The position numbers and the translations under genes are program-made. This document shows, one piece after another, positions 46,652-55,892 of a stretch of DNA of 64,000 nucleotides (position 1 is the first letter of the stretch; the number at the start of each line of letters is the position of its first letter). This DNA is from Acidobacteriota bacterium (GTDB taxonomy: Bacteria; Acidobacteriota; Thermoanaerobaculia; Multivoradales; JAGPDF01), in the NCBI GenBank assembly GCA_039933785.1, contig JBDTNL010000005.1, positions 18,506-82,505 on the forward strand. Direction: 5' to 3'. Under the pieces are notes generated by a model. The model did not search any database. It had not been told where the DNA came from and worked only from the letters and a program-made list of their open reading frames with translations.

Positions 46652-47035
46652 TCAGACGGCGAAGGACGAGCCGCAACCGCACTGACCGGTCGCGTTCGGA
46701 TTGAGGAACTTGAAACCGGCACCCGACATGCCAAGCACGTAGTCGATGGTCGTGCCTTGCAGGTAGCGCGAGCTGACCGGATCGACGAACACCTTCAGGC
46801 CGTCGTATTCGAGAACGAAGTCGGTTTCCCGCTGCTCCTTCTCGAAGTCGAGCGCGTACTGGAAGCCACTGCAGCCGCCGCCCATGACGGCAACGCGCAG
46901 CCCGTGGTCGGCGTCCATGCCTTCTTGTTCACGGGTGTGGCGGATCATCTCGATCGCCTTGGCGGTGATGGCAAGTGGCGGGGCGGAAGCCGCTGCGGTA
47001 GCGGCGTCGGGAATCTGGATCGGCTGAGTTTCCAT
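46652..47035 (-). CDS. erpA: Iron-sulfur cluster insertion protein (A-type carrier, ErpA/IscA/HesB family)
   Basis: 127 aa with GLRVAVMGGGCSGFQY and the C-terminal ...CGCGSSFAV three-Cys signature. Confidence 0.9.
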   Translation of the reverse strand: METQPIQIPDAATAAASAPPLAITAKAIEMIRHTREQEGMDADHGLRVAVMGGGCSGFQYALDFEKEQRETDFVLEYDGLKVFVDPVSSRYLQGTTIDYVLGMSGAGFKFLNPNATGQCGCGSSFAV

Positions 47036-47128
47036 CGAATGCCTCCGTACAGGGAGAACGAGCGCCAACGCCCGCGTATTCCTGGGCCGCCTACTCTGCG
47101 GCGGCAAGGCGAAGGATATCATCCGCGC

Positions 47129-47836
47129 ATGCTCCGCGCCCTGCTGTTCGACTTCAACGGCGTGCTGGTCGACGACGAGCCGGTGCATCTACGTCTTTTT
47201 CGTAAAGTATTGCAAGAAGAAGGTTTGGAGCTTACCGATAGGGACTATTTCGAGCGCTATCTGGGCCTCGACGACCGCGGCTGCTTTGGCGAGGTGCTGG
47301 AACGAGCGGGCCGCCCGGCGAGCGCCGCGGCGGTCATGCGCCTCGTCGTCCGCAAGGCGTCGTACTACCAGGAGTGGGCTCATCGCGAGGGCCTGACGTT
47401 CTTCCCAGGAGCGGTGGAGCTGGTGCGTGAAGCCGCTGCGAGCGGGCTGGTGCTCGGTCTGGTGAGCGGCGCCTTGCGGCAGGAGATCGACCAGGCGCTG
47501 CGCCAGGCCGGCATCCGGGAGCTCTTCAAGATCCTGATTGCCGCCGAGGATGTCGTGGCCAGCAAGCCCGACCGCGAGGGGTATGTGCGCGGCCTAGAGG
47601 AGCTCAATTCCGTGCCGCCAGCGCCCGATCGACTGATCCACCCGCACGAGGTGCTGGCGATCGAGGACAGCCCGGCGGGTATCGCGGCCGCCGCCGCCGC
47701 AGGTCTGGTCACGCTCGGCGTCGCCCAGACCTACTCCGCGGAGCGGCTGCACGACGCCGATTCGGTGGTCCCCTGCCTCGCCGGGCTCGGTGTCGAGCGG
47801 TTGCAGAAGCTGTACGCGGCGGTGAGCCGGGCCTGA
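47129..47836 (+). CDS. HAD-superfamily hydrolase (beta-phosphoglucomutase-like subfamily IA)
   Basis: 235 aa from ATG 47129 with LLFDFNGVLVDDEP, LVSGA, SKPDREGY and AIEDSPAGIAAAAAAG. Confidence 0.85.
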   Translation: MLRALLFDFNGVLVDDEPVHLRLFRKVLQEEGLELTDRDYFERYLGLDDRGCFGEVLERAGRPASAAAVMRLVVRKASYYQEWAHREGLTFFPGAVELVREAAASGLVLGLVSGALRQEIDQALRQAGIRELFKILIAAEDVVASKPDREGYVRGLEELNSVPPAPDRLIHPHEVLAIEDSPAGIAAAAAAGLVTLGVAQTYSAERLHDADSVVPCLAGLGVERLQKLYAAVSRA

Positions 47837-47875
47837 TCGGATGCTCTAGCGGTCGCCGATCGCGACCGTGACCGG

Positions 47876-48229
47876 TCAAACCACCGGAACTCTTCCGGCG
47901 AAGCCTTCTTCGTAACTGTGGAAGTGCGCCAGCGCGAGCTCGGGGTATTTCCAGCAGTAGAAGCCGCCGCCGCTGTCGAAGTCGACTAACCAGGGGCCCT
48001 TGGCAATGCATCCCAGGGACTCGATCTCCTGGGTCCAGGCGTCGACGATGCGGCGGTACGTGGCTTCCATTTCGTCGCGGCGGTTTTCCATCTCGTCGCG
48101 GCTCTGGATGGGGTTGAGCAGGCCCTCGATCTGGCGCACCGCGGCGTCGGTGACCTCGCGCACCAGCGGGAACAGACCGAGCGCTTCGTCGTAGCTGAAG
48201 ATGCGATTGCCGTTCAAGGGCGAGCTCAA
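47876..48229 (-). CDS. DUF2203-family protein
   Basis: It shows IFSYDEALGLFPLVREVT...GCIAKGPWLVDFDSGGGFYCWKYPELALAHFHSYEEGFAGR, the pattern I recognise as DUF2203. The proposed TTG start forms a TTGA overlap with the tdk stop. Other starts (48217 or 48262) are possible. Confidence 0.6.
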   Translation of the reverse strand: MSSPLNGNRIFSYDEALGLFPLVREVTDAAVRQIEGLLNPIQSRDEMENRRDEMEATYRRIVDAWTQEIESLGCIAKGPWLVDFDSGGGFYCWKYPELALAHFHSYEEGFAGRVPVV

Positions 48230-48822
48230 GTGCGCACGCCCGGAGCAAACGGCACGTAGCATCGGCGGCAGCGCGCCTCGTAGGCCTCGTTGTCGCCCAC
48301 CTGCACCTGGCTGTCGCCGCCGGCGATGCGCTGGCTGTAGTTCGCCGGGCCGCCGCAGAGCACGCATACGGCGTGCATCTTGTCGATGTACTCGGCGAGC
48401 GCGAGGATGGCCGGCATCGGGCCGAAGGGGCGCCGCAGATAGTCCTGATCGAGTCCGGCGACGATGACGCGGAGGCCGGCGTCGGCCAGCTCTTCGACCA
48501 GGGCTGGCAGGTCTCCGTCGAAAAACTGCGCCTCATCGATGCCCACGACTTCGACGCCCCACTCGAGGCTCGAGCGCAGCTCGGCGCTGCTCGCGACGGT
48601 CTGCGCCTTGAGCTCGCGCTGGTCGCGGGTCACCAGCCGGTCGGGCTCGTGACGGGAATCGGTGAGCGGCTTGAAGACTTGCACCTTCTGCCGGGCGATG
48701 ACCGCGCGGCGCAGGCGCCGCACCAGCTCCTCGCTCTTGCCGGAGAACATGCCGCCAGCGATCGCCTCGATGCTGCCGTTGCCGCGCGCGCGTCGCTCGG
48801 GGTGCTCGGCCGGCGGGATCAC
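48226..48822 (-). CDS. tdk: Thymidine kinase
   Basis: 198 aa with the P-loop [20 protein letters not shown] and a zinc-binding C-terminus ([13 protein letters not shown]...ARCRRCY). The GTG start forms a GTGA overlap with the upstream stop. Confidence 0.9.
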   Translation of the reverse strand: MIPPAEHPERRARGNGSIEAIAGGMFSGKSEELVRRLRRAVIARQKVQVFKPLTDSRHEPDRLVTRDQRELKAQTVASSAELRSSLEWGVEVVGIDEAQFFDGDLPALVEELADAGLRVIVAGLDQDYLRRPFGPMPAILALAEYIDKMHAVCVLCGGPANYSQRIAGGDSQVQVGDNEAYEARCRRCYVPFAPGVRT

Positions 48823-49256
48823 GGCTGCGGGGTCTCGAGAGGGATCGGCCGGCCGCGCTCGTCGACCTGCACGTACACGACCTCGGCCTCGGTCACCTTG
48901 ACCTGGTTGACCTTGCGGCCGGGCCGCATAGCTTCGACCTCGACCTTGACGGTGACCGAAGTGGTGCCGCGCTTGAGGGTGTGGGCGTAGAAGCTCACCA
49001 GGTCGCCGACGAAGACTGGCTCGTGGAAAATCACCTCACGCACCGCGACGGTCACCAATCGGCCGGGTCCGTGACGATGCGCCTCGACCGCGCCGGCCTG
49101 GTCGATGTAGGAAAGGATCACGCCGCCGAAGATGGTGCCGAGCGCGTTGGTCTCGCGCGGCATCATGAGAGTGCGGATCGCCGGCTGTCGCGGACCCGCC
49201 TGACGAACGATCGCGGCGGATGAGTCTTCTTGAGCTTCTTGCGCTTCTTGAGTCAT
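48819..49256 (-). CDS. Acyl-CoA thioesterase (hotdog fold, YciA-like)
   Basis: 145 aa with [25 protein letters not shown]...[21 protein letters not shown]. Confidence 0.85.
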   Translation of the reverse strand: MTQEAQEAQEDSSAAIVRQAGPRQPAIRTLMMPRETNALGTIFGGVILSYIDQAGAVEAHRHGPGRLVTVAVREVIFHEPVFVGDLVSFYAHTLKRGTTSVTVKVEVEAMRPGRKVNQVKVTEAEVVYVQVDERGRPIPLETPQP

Positions 49257-49351
49257 CGCGGTCGAGTACCAGGTCGTTTCTCGGCGCCAGAGGGAGCGCC
49301 GAGGACGTGGTATCCTAACAGCCCTTCGCTACAGCGACGGTTCCTCGGCGG

Positions 49352-49942
49352 ATGGATCCTTCCACACCTCAATTGTCGCGCGCCCTTGCCGATGCGGCAC
49401 TCGTGCAGCGCATCGCCGATCGCCGCCCGGAGGCCCTCTCGGACCTCTACGACCGCTACTCGCCGATGTTGCTGGCACTGGCGAATCGGATCCTGGGCGG
49501 CCAGGCCGAAGCGGAAGATGTCGTCCAGGAAACCCTGTTGCAGGTCTGGCACAAGGCGTCCTCGTATGACCCGGCGCGTTCGTCGGTCTCGACCTGGCTG
49601 GTGCTACTCGCCCGCAGCCGCTCGATCGATCGCTTGCGCACTCGCAAGGTAGGCGAGCGGACCGCCACCGCCGCCCATGCCGAAACCCCGCGCACCCATA
49701 CATCCCCCAGAGGCCCGGACGACGTACTGTCACGAGAGCGACAGGAACGCGTGCAGCGCGAGCTCGAGGCGCTGCCCGCCGAACAGCGCCAGGTTCTGGA
49801 GCTGGCCTTTTACGGCGGCTTGACGCAAGCCGAGATCGCCGAGCAGACCGGCACCCCGCTCGGGACGGTGAAGACCAGGACTTTGTTGGCGATGAAGAAG
49901 TTGCGCGCCGCATTGCGCGAGGAAATTCGGGAGTTGTTGTGA
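49352..49942 (+). CDS. ECF-type RNA polymerase sigma factor
   Basis: 196 aa with region 2 (AEDVVQETLLQVWHKASSYDPARSSVSTWLVLLARSRSIDRLR) and region 4 (LPAEQRQVLELAFYGGLTQAEIAEQTGTPLGTVKTR). Confidence 0.9.
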   Translation: MDPSTPQLSRALADAALVQRIADRRPEALSDLYDRYSPMLLALANRILGGQAEAEDVVQETLLQVWHKASSYDPARSSVSTWLVLLARSRSIDRLRTRKVGERTATAAHAETPRTHTSPRGPDDVLSRERQERVQRELEALPAEQRQVLELAFYGGLTQAEIAEQTGTPLGTVKTRTLLAMKKLRAALREEIRELL

Positions 49943-50868
49943 GCGAAGAACGCGTGGAGCGCGAAGACCAGGCAATCATGCTGGCGCTCGAAATGGGCGC
50001 CGGCAAGGCGACCGCTCCGGCGGCTCGGGGCACTGGCGACGAGGCGGTGGAGACGATGGTGCGTCTCTACACCGAGGCCCTTGGCATGATGCCCCATGCG
50101 CTCGATCCGATCGCGCCCTCGGCCGGGCTCAAGGGTCGATTGATGCTCGCGGCCGCCGGCGACGAGACCCAGGAAGTGAAGAGCTCTCTTGTTCAGCGTT
50201 CGATGACGGCGGCCCTTCAGGTGCCGCCGCCACCCGCGACCAAGTCGCGCCAGCGCCCGCCGACGCAGCCGGTTGCTTCCCCGGCATCCATCACTCGCCA
50301 GGCTTCGCGCTGGCCGTTGCGTTTGGCGGCGACGCTCGCGGTCGGCCTGCTTGGCCTGTCGGGTTGGCTCGCTTGGCAGGTTCAGGAGCAAAACGGCGAG
50401 ATCGCTCGCCTGCGTACCGAAGCTCGTCAGGCCAAGGAGGCCGGACAGGAGCTGGTGCGGATGCGCGAAGCCATGAGGAGCCTCGAAGGCAACGTGGCCC
50501 TGGCGTCGTCGGCCTCGGTGCTGGTGTGCCCGCTGCGTACCGCAGTGGGTGCTCCGTCCGGGCTGAGCACGGTCGGAATGCGCGCCGTGCTCTACGTGGC
50601 GACCGACCATCAGCACTGGTTCTTCACCGCACGCGGTCTCAAGGAGAGCCCCAAGGGTCAGGACTACCAACTCTGGTTCGTCGCCAACGGGCGTCCGGTG
50701 AGCGGCGGGACCTTCAGCCTCAAGCCTGGCGAGGTGGCGCATCTCTCGTCGGCGACCATGCCCGCGGGCACCACGGCGGTCAGCGTCACGCTCGAGCATC
50801 AGGGCGGCTCGGTGCTGCCGGCCGGACCGCAGGTCCTGTACGGCGATCAGATGCAGCAGGTTCTCTAG
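49939..50868 (+). CDS. Anti-sigma factor (RskA-like: N-terminal sigma-binding part, one TM, extracytoplasmic RskA domain)
   Basis: GTGA overlap with the sigma gene. TM segment: LRLAATLAVGLLGLSGWLAW. The C-terminus is YQLWFVANGRPVSGGTFSLKPGE...VSVTLEHQGG. Confidence 0.75.
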   Translation: MSEERVEREDQAIMLALEMGAGKATAPAARGTGDEAVETMVRLYTEALGMMPHALDPIAPSAGLKGRLMLAAAGDETQEVKSSLVQRSMTAALQVPPPPATKSRQRPPTQPVASPASITRQASRWPLRLAATLAVGLLGLSGWLAWQVQEQNGEIARLRTEARQAKEAGQELVRMREAMRSLEGNVALASSASVLVCPLRTAVGAPSGLSTVGMRAVLYVATDHQHWFFTARGLKESPKGQDYQLWFVANGRPVSGGTFSLKPGEVAHLSSATMPAGTTAVSVTLEHQGGSVLPAGPQVLYGDQMQQVL

Positions 50869-50944
50869 CGACTAGTCGCGGCCGCCGCCCTGCGGCGGTC
50901 GAGGTTCGCCCGCCGCGGCCACCCAGGCCACAGCACATCCCATC

Positions 50945-51328
50945 TCAGATGTGCTGCAGGTCGCGCACCGTGCGTTCGCCCTCGACATTGCCCGTGTTGA
51001 GCGTGGTCGCGGGCTCGAAAAGCAGCAAGTGCACCTCGTGGTCGGCGCAGGGCCGGTGTTCGACGCCGCGCGGCACCACGATGAGCTCTCCTTCGCCGAT
51101 CCACTCGTGGCGATCGCGAAACTCCATCCGCAGCTGGCCCTTGACGACCAGGAAGAGCTCGTCTTCGTGGTCGTGGTGATGCCAGACGAAGTCGCCGAGG
51201 ACCTTCACCAGTTTGACCTGTTGCCCGTTGAGCTCGGCGATGACCTTGGGCGAGAAGGGTTCGGAAAACAACGACAGTTTCTGGGCGAGATTGACCTTGG
51301 AATCGACCGGCACAAGTGTGGGCTCCAT
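50945..51328 (-). CDS. Cupin-domain protein
   Basis: 127 aa from ATG 51328 with WHHHDHEDELFLVVKGQL...GELIVVPRGVEHRP, a two-motif cupin. Confidence 0.8.
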   Translation of the reverse strand: MEPTLVPVDSKVNLAQKLSLFSEPFSPKVIAELNGQQVKLVKVLGDFVWHHHDHEDELFLVVKGQLRMEFRDRHEWIGEGELIVVPRGVEHRPCADHEVHLLLFEPATTLNTGNVEGERTVRDLQHI

Positions 51329-51348
51329 GTCCGCCAGTTTGCCACGAT

Positions 51349-52014
51349 CTATTCGCGGGTCGGATCCCCGCCGGCCCGTTCCAGGAAGGCCGCGAGCTCT
51401 CCCATGAGTTGATCCGAGGCGCGGCCGGAGTTGGCCGGATGGGCGCTCGCGACGGCCTCCATGAGCTCGGCGTGCAGCCGCGCGAAGCGAGGCAGGTCGC
51501 CGCGATGGCGGTGGGCGTACCAAATGCGTCGGCACTGTGCGCGCAACGGCGCCAGCGCCAGTGGAGCATAGGGATTGCGCGAGGCCTCCTCGAGGATCTG
51601 GTCGCACTCGCGGTCGAGATGGATGTAGCGCCCCAGGTCGCCGCGCTCGCCCGCGCGCCGCATCTGCACCGCCAGCTTCTCCAGGCGGCGCCGCTCGCGA
51701 GGTGCCGCGAGCTTGGCGGCCTGTTGCGCCACCAGACGCTCGAGCTCGCGCCGGGTTTCGAGCAGAGTGGCCAGGTTCTCGACTTCGACCGCGAGGATCT
51801 CGATCCCGCGCCGGGACAGCACGCGCAGCAGCCCCTGCGCGGCGAGCCGCTGCAGGGCTTCGCGCACCGGCGTGCGCCCGAGGCCGACGCGCCGCATGAG
51901 CTCGCTTTCGGTCAGGATGGAGCCCGGCGCGAGGTCCAGCGTCACCAGCTGTGCTTCGAGCCGGTCGTACGCCTGATCGGCAAGGCTGGCGGGAAGGTCG
52001 GATTCGGGTTTCAT
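51349..52014 (-). CDS. GntR-family transcriptional regulator (FadR/FCD subfamily)
   Basis: 221 aa with a wHTH (LAPGSILTESELMRRVGLGRTPVREALQRLAAQGLL) and a helical FCD-like C-terminal domain. Divergent from the hydroxyproline operon. Confidence 0.88.
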   Translation of the reverse strand: MKPESDLPASLADQAYDRLEAQLVTLDLAPGSILTESELMRRVGLGRTPVREALQRLAAQGLLRVLSRRGIEILAVEVENLATLLETRRELERLVAQQAAKLAAPRERRRLEKLAVQMRRAGERGDLGRYIHLDRECDQILEEASRNPYAPLALAPLRAQCRRIWYAHRHRGDLPRFARLHAELMEAVASAHPANSGRASDQLMGELAAFLERAGGDPTRE

Positions 52015-52061
52015 CGACTGGCGAAGATTCTCCTTGGCGACTCACGCCGCCGGGGTTAGAC

Positions 52062-52074
52062 TCTGTTCAACAGA
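52062..52074. promoter_or_regulatory. Palindrome TCTGTTcAACAGA, putative GntR operator
   Basis: A perfect 6+1+6 palindrome containing the GT-N3-AC core typical of GntR/FadR-type operators. It lies in the 78-nt divergent region between the GntR gene and the aldehyde dehydrogenase gene. Confidence 0.45.
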
Positions 52075-52092
52075 TATATCAGGAAAACGATT

Positions 52093-53538
52093 ATGCGACT
52101 AACTCTTGCTCATTTCGTCGGCGGCGCCTGGCTCGCGGCGGACTCTGCTTCGGCGCTCACCAGCGTCAATCCCTCGGACCGCCGCGACGTGATCGCCGAG
52201 ATTCCCGAGGCCTCGCCGAGCACGGTGCATGCCGCCGCCGCGACGGCCGCCGAAGCGCAGCGCAAATGGCGTGCGCTCCCCGGCCCGGCGCGTGCCGAGG
52301 CGCTCTATCGGTGGAGCGGAGTGTTGCAAGCCCGTCAGGAAGAGCTGGCGCAGGCGATGGCGCGCGAGGTCGGCAAGCCGATCGCGGAGGCCCGCGGCGA
52401 GGCGGCCCGCGGCGTCGCCATCTTGCGTTACTACGCCGGCGAGGCGGTGCGCGAGATCGGTGAGGTCATCCCATCGCAGCTCGCGAACACGCTGCAATTC
52501 ACCCTGCGCGATCCGTTGGGGGTGGTCGGTTTGATCACTCCATGGAATTTCCCGATCGCCATTCCGCTCTGGAAGGCGGCCCCGGCGCTCGCCTTCGGCA
52601 ATGCGGTGGTGCTCAAGCCGAGCGAGTTGAGCGCGCACTGTGCGGCGCTCCTGGCGGAGACCGCGGCGCTCGCCGAGCTGCCGCCCGGGCTGTTTAACGT
52701 GGTGCAAGGTTCGGGCGCCGTCACCGGTGAAGCGCTGCTCGCCGAGCCCTTGGTGCGTGGGCTGAGCTTCACGGGTTCGGCGAAGGTCGGAGCGCGAGTC
52801 GCCGAGGTCGCCGCGCGGCGCAACATCCGATACCAGACCGAAATGGGGGGCAAGAACGCGGCGCTGGTGCTCGCCGACGCCGACCTCAAGCGCGCCGCGA
52901 CCCTGACCGCCTCGGGGGCGATGCGTTTCGCCGGTCAGAAATGCACCGCGACCAGTCGAGTGATCGTCGACCGATCGGTTTTCGAGCCGTTCATGGCGGC
53001 GCTCGCCGCCGAGATCGCGACGTTCTCGCTGGGTCCGGTCACCGAGCCGTCCTGCGCCATCGGGCCGCTGGTCTCTCTGGCGGCTCGCGAGCGGGTCGTG
53101 GGGCTCCTGGCAGCGGGCTCGAGTGACGCGCGGTTGCACTGCGGCGGCGAGGTAGCGACGGGCGACGCCTTCAGCGAGGGCAACTTCCTGCAGCCGACCG
53201 TGCTTTCTGAAGTCGCCCCCGATAGCCCGCTCCTCGTGCAGGAGTTGTTCGCTCCCGTGTTGGTGGCGATCGCCGCCGAGGGCGCTGAAGACGCCATTCG
53301 CCTCGCCAATGAGACGCCGTATGGCCTCAGCGCCACGGTCTTCACCAACGACTTGAAGGCGGCGCTCGGCTACGTGCGCGGCATCGAGGCCGGCCTGGTG
53401 CGAGTCAATGGCGATACCACCGGCGTCGATCCCCACGCACCGTTCGGCGGAGTGAAGGGCAGCAGCAGCGGCAGCCGCGAGCAGGGTCCGGCGGCGCGCG
53501 AGTTCTACACCGAGATTCGGACGGTTCAGATCGGCTAG
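52093..53538 (+). CDS. Aldehyde dehydrogenase, alpha-ketoglutarate-semialdehyde dehydrogenase-like
   Basis: 481 aa with ITPWNFPIAIPLWKAAPALAFGNAVVLKPSE, YQTEMGGKNA (catalytic Glu) and FAGQKCTATSR (catalytic Cys). The genomic context is the hydroxyproline pathway. Confidence 0.88.
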   Translation: MRLTLAHFVGGAWLAADSASALTSVNPSDRRDVIAEIPEASPSTVHAAAATAAEAQRKWRALPGPARAEALYRWSGVLQARQEELAQAMAREVGKPIAEARGEAARGVAILRYYAGEAVREIGEVIPSQLANTLQFTLRDPLGVVGLITPWNFPIAIPLWKAAPALAFGNAVVLKPSELSAHCAALLAETAALAELPPGLFNVVQGSGAVTGEALLAEPLVRGLSFTGSAKVGARVAEVAARRNIRYQTEMGGKNAALVLADADLKRAATLTASGAMRFAGQKCTATSRVIVDRSVFEPFMAALAAEIATFSLGPVTEPSCAIGPLVSLAARERVVGLLAAGSSDARLHCGGEVATGDAFSEGNFLQPTVLSEVAPDSPLLVQELFAPVLVAIAAEGAEDAIRLANETPYGLSATVFTNDLKAALGYVRGIEAGLVRVNGDTTGVDPHAPFGGVKGSSSGSREQGPAAREFYTEIRTVQIG

Positions 53539-53549
53539 GGGAGTCTTCG

Positions 53550-54497
53550 ATGGGTGAATTTCCGCGCCGCCTGCAGATCATCGATTCCCACACCGAGGGC
53601 GAGCCGACGCGCGTAGTGATCGGCGGCTGGCCGGAGCTCCGCTCGACCAGCATGGCGGCGCGCCGTGAAGAGTTCTCCGCCGAGTGGAACGATCTGCGCC
53701 GCGGCGCCGTGCTCGAGCCGCGCGGCTTCGATGCCGTGGTGGGCGCGCTCATCACGCCGCCGGTCTCCGCCGAGGCGCACTGCGGCGTGGTGTTCTTCAA
53801 CAACGTCGGTCCCCTCCTCATGTGCGGCCACGGGATGATCGGCCTAGTGCGCACGCTCGAATTCCTCGGCCGCGTGAAACCCGGTCGAGTGCTCGTCGAC
53901 ACCCCCGTCGGCGCGGTCGGTGCGGAGCTCGCGGTGGACGGCTTGGTGACCTTGGAAAACGTACCGGCTCATTGCTCGCGCCGCGATGTCGAGCTCGACG
54001 TGCCCGGACTCGGCCGCGTGCGCGGCGACGTGGCCTACGGCGGCAACTGGTTCTTCCTCGTGCATTGGGACGCCGACGCGATCGAGCTCGCGAACAAATC
54101 GCGTCTGCTCGAAGTTTCGAACGCCATGATGGCGGCGCTCGCGGCGCAGGGGATCACCGGCGACAGCGGCGCCAAGATCGACCACGTCGAGCTTTTCGGG
54201 CGGCCGACGCGCCCGGACGCCGACAGCAAGAACTGGGTGCTTTGCCCCGGGGGTGAGTACGATCGCAGCCCCTGCGGCACCGGCACCAGCGCCAAGATGG
54301 CGGCGCTCCACGCGGCGGGCAAGCTGCGCGCGGGCGAGCGCTGGCGGCAGGAGAGCATCACCGGCAGCCTGTTCACGGGGTGGCTCGAGGAGCGATCAGG
54401 AGTGCTCATTCCCTTCATCCAGGGGCGCGCCTACATCACCTCCGAGGCGACTCTGCTGTTTGATCCCCAGGATCCCTTCCGCGGCGGACTCGGTTGA
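53550..54497 (+). CDS. 4-hydroxyproline 2-epimerase (proline racemase family, Cys/Cys type)
   Basis: 315 aa with IDSHTEGEPTRVV and both catalytic cysteines present (LMCGHG and DRSPCGTGTSA). Confidence 0.85.
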   Translation: MGEFPRRLQIIDSHTEGEPTRVVIGGWPELRSTSMAARREEFSAEWNDLRRGAVLEPRGFDAVVGALITPPVSAEAHCGVVFFNNVGPLLMCGHGMIGLVRTLEFLGRVKPGRVLVDTPVGAVGAELAVDGLVTLENVPAHCSRRDVELDVPGLGRVRGDVAYGGNWFFLVHWDADAIELANKSRLLEVSNAMMAALAAQGITGDSGAKIDHVELFGRPTRPDADSKNWVLCPGGEYDRSPCGTGTSAKMAALHAAGKLRAGERWRQESITGSLFTGWLEERSGVLIPFIQGRAYITSEATLLFDPQDPFRGGLG

Positions 54498-54510
54498 ACT
54501 GTCGATTCGG

Positions 54511-55641
54511 ATGAAGGCGGATGCGATCGTCATCGGCGCCGGTATCGTCGGCGCCGCTTGCGCCGATGCCTTGAGTCGCGAAGGGCTTTCGGTGCGCGTG
54601 CTCGAGTCGGCTTTCGCCGGCGGTGGCACGACGTCGCGCGCCATGGGCCACTTGGTGGTGATGGACGATAGCGAGGCGCAGTTCACGCTCACCCGGCGAA
54701 GCCGCGAGATGTGGACCGATTGGGCGCCCGAGCTGCCGGCGAGTTGCGAGGACCAGCAGGGCGGCACGCTGTGGGTGGCCGCGGATGACGAAGAGCTCCG
54801 AGCCGTGGCTCCGAAGGTGGAGTTCTATCGCGCTCGCGGCGTTCAGGCCGAGCTGCTCGACGCCCGCGCGCTCGCCGAGGCGGAACCAAACCTGAGGCCG
54901 GGACTCGCCGGAGGCATGCGAGTGCCGGAGGATCGCATTCTCTATCCACCCGCGGCAGCCAAGTGGCTGCTCGAGCGCGCTGGCGCGCGCGGAGCGACTC
55001 TCGAAGAACGCTGCGAGGTGACCGCGGTCGAGCCGAGCCGTGTGCAGACGCGTGACGGTTGGACCGACACCGGGTTCGTGATCGTCGCAGGCGGCTTCAC
55101 CTCGGCACGCTTGCTCCCCGGCTTGCGGATCGAGCCGCGCAAGGGGCACCTCGTGATCAGCGACCGCGCGCCAGGCTTCGCCCGTCACCAACTGGTCGAG
55201 CTCGGGTATTTGACCAGCGCGCACGGCACCCACGACGGCAGCGCGCTGACCCGCGAGAGTGTGGCGTTCAACCTGCAGCCGCGCGCCACCGGTCAGATGC
55301 TGCTCGGCTCGAGCCGCGAGTTCGTCGATTTCGACGACTCGATCAACAGCCGCCTTCGCGACCGCATGATTCGCCGCGCGCTCGAGTACATGCCGGCGCT
55401 GGCCGGTCTCGCGGCGATTCGCACCTGGATCGGCTTCAGGCCGTGCACGCCGGACAACCTGCCGTTGATCGGCGCCTGGGGTGAGGCGCCCGGGCTGTTC
55501 GTGGCGACTGGTCACGAGGGGTTGGGCATCACCACCGCTCCCGGCACGGGCGAGCTGATCGCCGATCTGGTGCTCGGGCGTCGGGGCGCGCTGGATCCGT
55601 TGCCTTACGCGCCGCACCGCGCCATGGACGGCCACTCGTGA
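54511..55641 (+). CDS. FAD-dependent oxidoreductase (D-hydroxyproline dehydrogenase beta-subunit-like, DAO family)
   Basis: 376 aa from ATG 54511 with ADAIVIGAGIVGAACADAL and a C-terminal ...GLFVATGHEGLGITTAPGTG. Confidence 0.85.
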   Translation: MKADAIVIGAGIVGAACADALSREGLSVRVLESAFAGGGTTSRAMGHLVVMDDSEAQFTLTRRSREMWTDWAPELPASCEDQQGGTLWVAADDEELRAVAPKVEFYRARGVQAELLDARALAEAEPNLRPGLAGGMRVPEDRILYPPAAAKWLLERAGARGATLEERCEVTAVEPSRVQTRDGWTDTGFVIVAGGFTSARLLPGLRIEPRKGHLVISDRAPGFARHQLVELGYLTSAHGTHDGSALTRESVAFNLQPRATGQMLLGSSREFVDFDDSINSRLRDRMIRRALEYMPALAGLAAIRTWIGFRPCTPDNLPLIGAWGEAPGLFVATGHEGLGITTAPGTGELIADLVLGRRGALDPLPYAPHRAMDGHS

Positions 55642-55892
55642 CTCGAGAGCCGATCGAGCGTGTGCGGATTCAGCTCGATGGCGCCGCGGTCGACGTCGCG
55701 AGCGTGGGCAGTCTGGCCGCGGCACTGCTCAACGCCGGCGTTGCGAGCTTCCGCCAATCAGTGCGGGGTGAGGCGCGTGGTCCCCTCTGCGGGATGGGCA
55801 TTTGTATGGAGTGCCGGGTCGTGGTCGACGGCGTTCTCCGGCGGGCCTGCGTGGAGCCCTTGCGTGACGGCATGGTGGTCGAGACGCGATGA
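55638..55892 (+). CDS. Small (2Fe-2S)-binding subunit (D-hydroxyproline dehydrogenase / opine oxidase gamma-like)
   Basis: 84 aa with the Cys cluster PLCGMGICMEC...RAC. It has a GTGA overlap upstream and an ATGA overlap downstream. Confidence 0.78.
   Translation: MTREPIERVRIQLDGAAVDVASVGSLAAALLNAGVASFRQSVRGEARGPLCGMGICMECRVVVDGVLRRACVEPLRDGMVVETR

Noticed and set aside
50868-50899. Palindrome GCGACTAGTCGC followed by the hairpin GCCGCCGC-CCT-GCGGCGGT after the anti-sigma gene, considered as a terminator
   Set aside because: There is no U-tract on either strand and the loop is only 3 nt. It may still act as a stabilising hairpin between the convergent genes, but I did not list it as a feature.
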